From NCBI GenBank assembly GCA_965261735.1, contig OZ253470.1:4672001-4736000 (forward strand): a stretch of DNA of 64,000 nucleotides, read 5' to 3'. Shown here one piece after another: positions 57,726 through 64,000 of this stretch. Within the stretch, counting starts at the first letter, position 1, and every line of letters starts with the position of its first letter. Both the position numbers and the translations under genes were made by a program. This stretch comes from Alphaproteobacteria bacterium (GTDB lineage Bacteria; Pseudomonadota; Alphaproteobacteria; SHVV01). Under the pieces are notes generated by a model, which searched no databases, was not told the DNA's origin, and saw only the letters and a program-made list of their open reading frames with translations.

Positions 57726-58336
57726 CTAGACGATCAGCGAGAACAGGTCGAAGGATTGGATGGTCGGGGCGGTGATGAGCCGGATGCGCGCCAACGCGCT
57801 CTTGTAGGCCTCGATCTGCGCCAACAGGGCCGGAGAGGCGACGTCAGGGTCGGGGGTCTCGGGGGCCGGCCCCTCGGTAATGAAGGTGTAGGCCTTTTGC
57901 AGCTGCAGCAGCGCGTTGTCGATGATCACCTTGGCGTCCGCGGCGTTTGTTCGGCTGAGCAGGTCGAGGCCGGCGACCAGGCCGAGCTCGAAGACCGAAA
58001 GGGCGGCCGCCTCCTCGTCCGTTTCGTCCGTGAGCTCGCCGAAGAGGCGCGCCGACTTGAGGCCCATCCCTACGAGCGCGTCGAAGCCCTCGCTGCCGGC
58101 GCGAATCTCGACCTCGGCGCCGTTGAGCGCGGTGATCTCGAGGTGCCTCGTGCCGAGCTCGTCGACGATCTGGGCGCGCCCGTCCGTGCCGAGCGCCTGG
58201 TTGATGCGGAAGGCGAGGAAGCCGAACGTGTCGTCCTCGTCGACCGTGACCTTCTTGGCTGGGTTGCCATTGACCGACACGTAGAAGAACTGTCCCGGGC
58301 GCACCGTCGTCGCGGCCGTCACCGTGGTTGCATCCT
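57726..58336 (-). pseudogene. C-terminal remnant of a larger, possibly flagellum-associated protein, cut at the IS end
   Basis: Coding-like frame running into the IS terminal repeat; KKVTVDEDDT...FRINQALG and QIEAYKSALARI recall flagellin/hook-associated proteins (recognition only). Confidence 0.5.
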
Positions 58337-59437
58337 TGCCTATCCGGTTAACACCCATGACCGCTACATGTAGGGTGCCGCCACTCTCCCGAGTAAAGCT
58401 CGGCATAGGTTGGAGCAGAGGTGTCGCCCGCGATGCCGAGCAATGAGCGGAAGGCGTTGAACGGGTAGAACCGCCTGTTGAAGCGGAAGGTGAACTCGTT
58501 GAGGTAGGCTTGTAGGTGCTGGTGGCTAACGCCGTGGTGGATACCGATCAGCCACGTCTTCAGGTTGGCGAAAACCAGATGGATGATCGGCAGGTATTGC
58601 TCGGCAACCTCTGGATCACCACACTCGGCAACAGCGAAGTGCTCATAGCCGCGCTTACCGAGGCCAGCATAGCCGCTCCAATCGTCAGTAACGATCAGCG
58701 ATCGCGGCGCGACGGTGCTCTCGACGAACCCACAGAGCGACTCGGCGCTACGGTCGAGCACGACGGCGAGCCGAACGCGTCCGGCATAGCGTCCGTCTTT
58801 CCGGTTGTCGAGCTTGGTGCCCGGCTTTCGATGACGCACCTCGATGGCACAGGAGACGGGAACCTTGTGGTGAACACCACGGCCTTCCCCACGCGTTCGC
58901 CCGCCAACCCAGGTTTCGTCCACCTCAACATGGTTCTTGGGCTGTCCACCGATCCTGTCTTGGTTGGGCCGCACCATGCCCGAGCGGAGCTTGTGGAGAA
59001 TTTGAAAGGCCGTCTCGTAGCGCGAAAGACCAAGTTGCCGCTGAAACTGCACGGCGGACATGCCGGGCGTCTGACTGGCGACCAGATAAGCGGCCCAGAA
59101 CCAGACGTTCAGCGGAGTGTGGCTACGCTCCATCACTGTTCCCACCGTCAGCCCGGTGTTCTGGCGGCACTTGCGGCAGCGCAGGACGCCAGGGCGGTTT
59201 TCAAAGTGGAACGGCTCTCCCGCCGTGCCGCAGTGCGGGCAGGCAAAGCCGTCTCCCCAGCGGGCTTTCTCCAGGTAGGCGGCGCAGGCCGCATCATCGG
59301 GGAAAAGTCGCTGGAACTCGGGTAGCGAATGCGGGAATGGGAGATCGGCGCGGTCGAGAACATCCATGGCGCGCTCCCCTATATCCGGTTTGCGCCTATT
59401 CTAGCCCTAGTGGGTGTGGGTGTAAACCGGATAGGCA
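58337..59437. mobile_element. IS1595-family insertion sequence
   Basis: Terminal inverted repeats TGCCTATCCGGTTAACACCCA / TGGGTGTAAACCGGATAGGCA (1 mismatch; the match extends 5 bp further out) around a transposase. Confidence 0.9.
58348..59367 (-). CDS. IS1595-family transposase
   Basis: Zn ribbon CPHC...CRKC, VEVDET, IVTDDW, YLNEFTFRFN. Confidence 0.93.
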   Translation of the reverse strand: MDVLDRADLPFPHSLPEFQRLFPDDAACAAYLEKARWGDGFACPHCGTAGEPFHFENRPGVLRCRKCRQNTGLTVGTVMERSHTPLNVWFWAAYLVASQTPGMSAVQFQRQLGLSRYETAFQILHKLRSGMVRPNQDRIGGQPKNHVEVDETWVGGRTRGEGRGVHHKVPVSCAIEVRHRKPGTKLDNRKDGRYAGRVRLAVVLDRSAESLCGFVESTVAPRSLIVTDDWSGYAGLGKRGYEHFAVAECGDPEVAEQYLPIIHLVFANLKTWLIGIHHGVSHQHLQAYLNEFTFRFNRRFYPFNAFRSLLGIAGDTSAPTYAELYSGEWRHPTCSGHGC

Positions 59438-59533
59438 AGGATCGTACGTAGGTCACATGGGACGCAATATTTGGGTTGTCTGGATTCTGTATCACCGGCT
59501 AACATGTTGGTGTGGCGGAGTTAGGGAGTTCGC

Positions 59534-60799
59534 ATGACCAAGTCCGCGGGCGGTGACTCAAAGAACACCCTCTACTGCTCGTTCTGCGGCAAAAGCCAGC
59601 ACGAAGTTCGTAAACTCATCGCCGGACCCACGGTGTTCATATGCGATGAGTGCGTTGAGCTGTGCATGGACATCATCCGCGAGGAGCACAAGAGCGCTCT
59701 CGTCAAGACGCGCGACGGCGCCCCGACGCCGGCCGATATCTGCCGCGTCCTCGATGATTACGTGATCGGTCAGGATCACGCGAAGCGAGTCCTCTCCGTC
59801 GCCGTCCACAACCATTTCAAGCGCCTCAATCACGCCGCCAAGAACAACGACGTCGAGCTCGCCAAGTCGAACATCGTCCTGATCGGACCGACGGGGTGCG
59901 GCAAGACGCTGCTGGCGCAGACTCTCGCGCGCATCCTCGATGTGCCGTTCACCATGGCCGATGCGACGACTCTGACCGAAGCCGGCTACGTCGGCGAGGA
60001 CGTCGAAAACATCATCCTCAAGCTGCTCCAGGCCGCCGACTATAATGTCGAGCGCGCGCAGCGCGGAATCGTCTATATCGACGAGGTCGACAAGATCAGC
60101 CGCAAGTCCGACAACCCTTCGATCACCCGTGACGTCTCGGGCGAGGGCGTCCAGCAGGCTCTCCTCAAGATCATGGAGGGGACCATCGCCTCGGTGCCGC
60201 CCCAGGGCGGGCGCAAGCATCCGCAGCAGGAGTTCCTCCAGGTCGACACCACCAACATCCTGTTCATCTGCGGCGGCGCGTTCTCGGGGCTCGAGAAGAT
60301 CATTGCCGCGCGCGGGCGCGGCACCTCGATCGGCTTCGGTGCCGACGTGCGCGCCCCCGACGAGCGCCAGACCGGCGAGATCCTCAAGGACGTCGAGCCC
60401 GAGGACCTACTGCGCTTTGGGCTGATTCCGGAATTCGTCGGCCGCCTGCCGGTCATCGCCACGCTCACCGACCTCGACGAGGTCGCGCTCGTCGACATCC
60501 TCACCAAGCCCAAGAACGCGCTCGTCAAGCAGTACGAGCGGCTGTTCGACATGGAGGACGTGCGCCTCACCTTCTCCGAGGACGCCATGCGCGCCATCGC
60601 GCGGCGCGCCATCGCGCGCAAGACCGGCGCTCGGGGTTTACGCTCCATCCTCGAGTCCATCCTCCTCGAGCCGATGTTCTATCTGCCCTCGTTCGAGAGC
60701 GTCGAGGAGGTCGTGATCAACAGCGAAGTCGTCGAGGGACGCGCCTCGCCCCTGAAGATCCACAGCGACCGCCGTGGCGATCTTGGCTCGAGCGCTTGA
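59534..60799 (+). CDS. clpX: ATP-dependent Clp protease ATP-binding subunit ClpX
   Basis: CSFCGK...[21 protein letters not shown] loop. Confidence 0.98.
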   Translation: MTKSAGGDSKNTLYCSFCGKSQHEVRKLIAGPTVFICDECVELCMDIIREEHKSALVKTRDGAPTPADICRVLDDYVIGQDHAKRVLSVAVHNHFKRLNHAAKNNDVELAKSNIVLIGPTGCGKTLLAQTLARILDVPFTMADATTLTEAGYVGEDVENIILKLLQAADYNVERAQRGIVYIDEVDKISRKSDNPSITRDVSGEGVQQALLKIMEGTIASVPPQGGRKHPQQEFLQVDTTNILFICGGAFSGLEKIIAARGRGTSIGFGADVRAPDERQTGEILKDVEPEDLLRFGLIPEFVGRLPVIATLTDLDEVALVDILTKPKNALVKQYERLFDMEDVRLTFSEDAMRAIARRAIARKTGARGLRSILESILLEPMFYLPSFESVEEVVINSEVVEGRASPLKIHSDRRGDLGSSA

Positions 60800-60818
60800 C
60801 GAAGCAGCGGGGCGGCGC

Positions 60819-60847
60819 CTTGACCCGTGCCGCCGAAAGCGCCATGT
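60819..60847 (+). promoter_or_regulatory. Possible RpoH (sigma32) promoter for lon
   Basis: CTTGAC-N15-CGCCATGT upstream of lon, a typical heat-shock gene. Confidence 0.45.
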
Positions 60848-60871
60848 GTGACCGTGACCGCGGACTAGCCC

Positions 60872-60925
60872 GCCGGAACCCCTCGTTCCGCCCTTCATGC
60901 CGGAACCGCTCGTTCCGCCCTACAT
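60872..60925 (+). repeat. Tandem 27-bp direct repeat in the lon leader, each unit a small hairpin
   Basis: GCCGGAACCCCTCGTTCCGCCCTTCAT / GCCGGAACCGCTCGTTCCGCCCTACAT (25/27 identical). Confidence 0.88.
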
Positions 60926-60937
60926 ATTGAAGAGAGA

Positions 60938-63349
<2,412 letters not shown>

Positions 63350-63363
63350 CGAGTTGTCCCGCT

Positions 63364-64000
63364 AGGAGCGTGCGCCGCAGAAAGGTCCGCGCGGCAAAGT
63401 TGATAGCGGACGGGTTGTGGGTGGATTTGCGCAGGGGGAAGTATGATCCGATACGCCAGTTGCGTGTGGGAACTCCCGATGCCGACCACGTTTCGTGCCT
63501 ACCAGCCGGACCAACCCTTGCTTTTGCCGCCGGACTTGCAGGAGTGGGTTTCCCCAGGGCACCTGGCTCATCACGTCAGCGATGTGGTCGATGCACTGGA
63601 CTTGACGGCGTTCTATGCGCCCTACGAGGGGGACGGTCGACGCAACGCCCCCTACGAGCCGTCGATGATGGTCAAGGTGCTGATCTATGCCTACGCGACG
63701 GGCACATTCTCCTCGCGCGCGGTGGCGAGGAAGCTGGAGGAGGATGTAGCGTTTAGGATGCTCGCGGCGGGCAACTTCCCGCAACATCGCACGGTATGTG
63801 AGTTCCGACGCCGACATCTGGCGGAGTTCAGCGAGCTGTTTGTGGGGGTGGTGCAGGTGGCGCGCGAGATGGGACTGGCGCGGTTCGGCAAGCTCTCGGT
63901 CGACGGGACGAAGGTGCGAGCGAACGCGAGCAAGCGCAAGGCGATGAGCTATGAGCGGATGGGCAAAGAGGCGGCTCGCTTGCAGGCGGAGATCGAGGCG
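63364..64000 (+). mobile_element. IS1182-family insertion sequence, left part only; left end approximate
   Basis: CTAGGAGCGTGCGCCGCAG just after the lon stop, followed by a transposase; runs off the window. Confidence 0.8.
63479..64000 (+). CDS. IS1182-family transposase, 3'-partial (not in the ORF track)
   Basis: Own translation: MPTTFRAYQPDQPLLLPPDL...YEPSMMVKVLIYAYATG..SSR...PQHRTVCEFRRRH...VDGTKVRANASK. Confidence 0.9.
   Translation, partial: MPTTFRAYQPDQPLLLPPDLQEWVSPGHLAHHVSDVVDALDLTAFYAPYEGDGRRNAPYEPSMMVKVLIYAYATGTFSSRAVARKLEEDVAFRMLAAGNFPQHRTVCEFRRRHLAEFSELFVGVVQVAREMGLARFGKLSVDGTKVRANASKRKAMSYERMGKEAARLQAEIEA

Noticed and set aside
60872-60925. CRISPR array or EcfG promoter in the lon leader
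   Set aside because: Only two adjacent units with no spacer and no cas genes; GGAAC to CGTT spacings (4 or 31 nt) do not fit EcfG

Overview
High-GC bacterial DNA that looks alphaproteobacterial (CIRCE-led groESL, cobW-cobN, clpX-lon). It has five blocks. (1) groES-groEL followed by a GldA/GldF/GldG-like ABC exporter and a DUF4340-like gene (0.1-7 kb). (2) A 22.5 kb cobalamin cluster led by a B12 riboswitch that mixes aerobic-route genes (cobN, cobW) with cbiX, cbiD and a cbiG-cobJ fusion; cobG, cobF and the cobST chelatase subunits are absent from the window (7.1-29.8 kb). (3) gltB-gltD, with cobC overlapping the gltD stop (29.8-35.9 kb). (4) A 21 kb catabolic island with no recognisable regulator gene: a pair of heme-oxygenase-like (CADD/PqqC/TenA-fold) proteins, one with a full diiron ligand set and one degenerate, upstream of a NMT1/THI5-type ABC importer, plus FAH, SDRs, tandem AKRs, three alpha/beta hydrolases, amidohydrolases, a TorT-like sugar-type ABC system, an orphan PDR/VanB reductase, RidA and a thioesterase (36.2-57.7 kb). 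(5) An IS1595-family element joining a 5'-truncated gene to clpX-lon, then an IS1182-family element running off the window end. The best candidates for novelty are the active/degenerate diiron-oxidase pair with its transporter, and a recurring pattern of strongly basic enzymes next to acidic relatives. All family calls and residue counts were made by eye without database searches.
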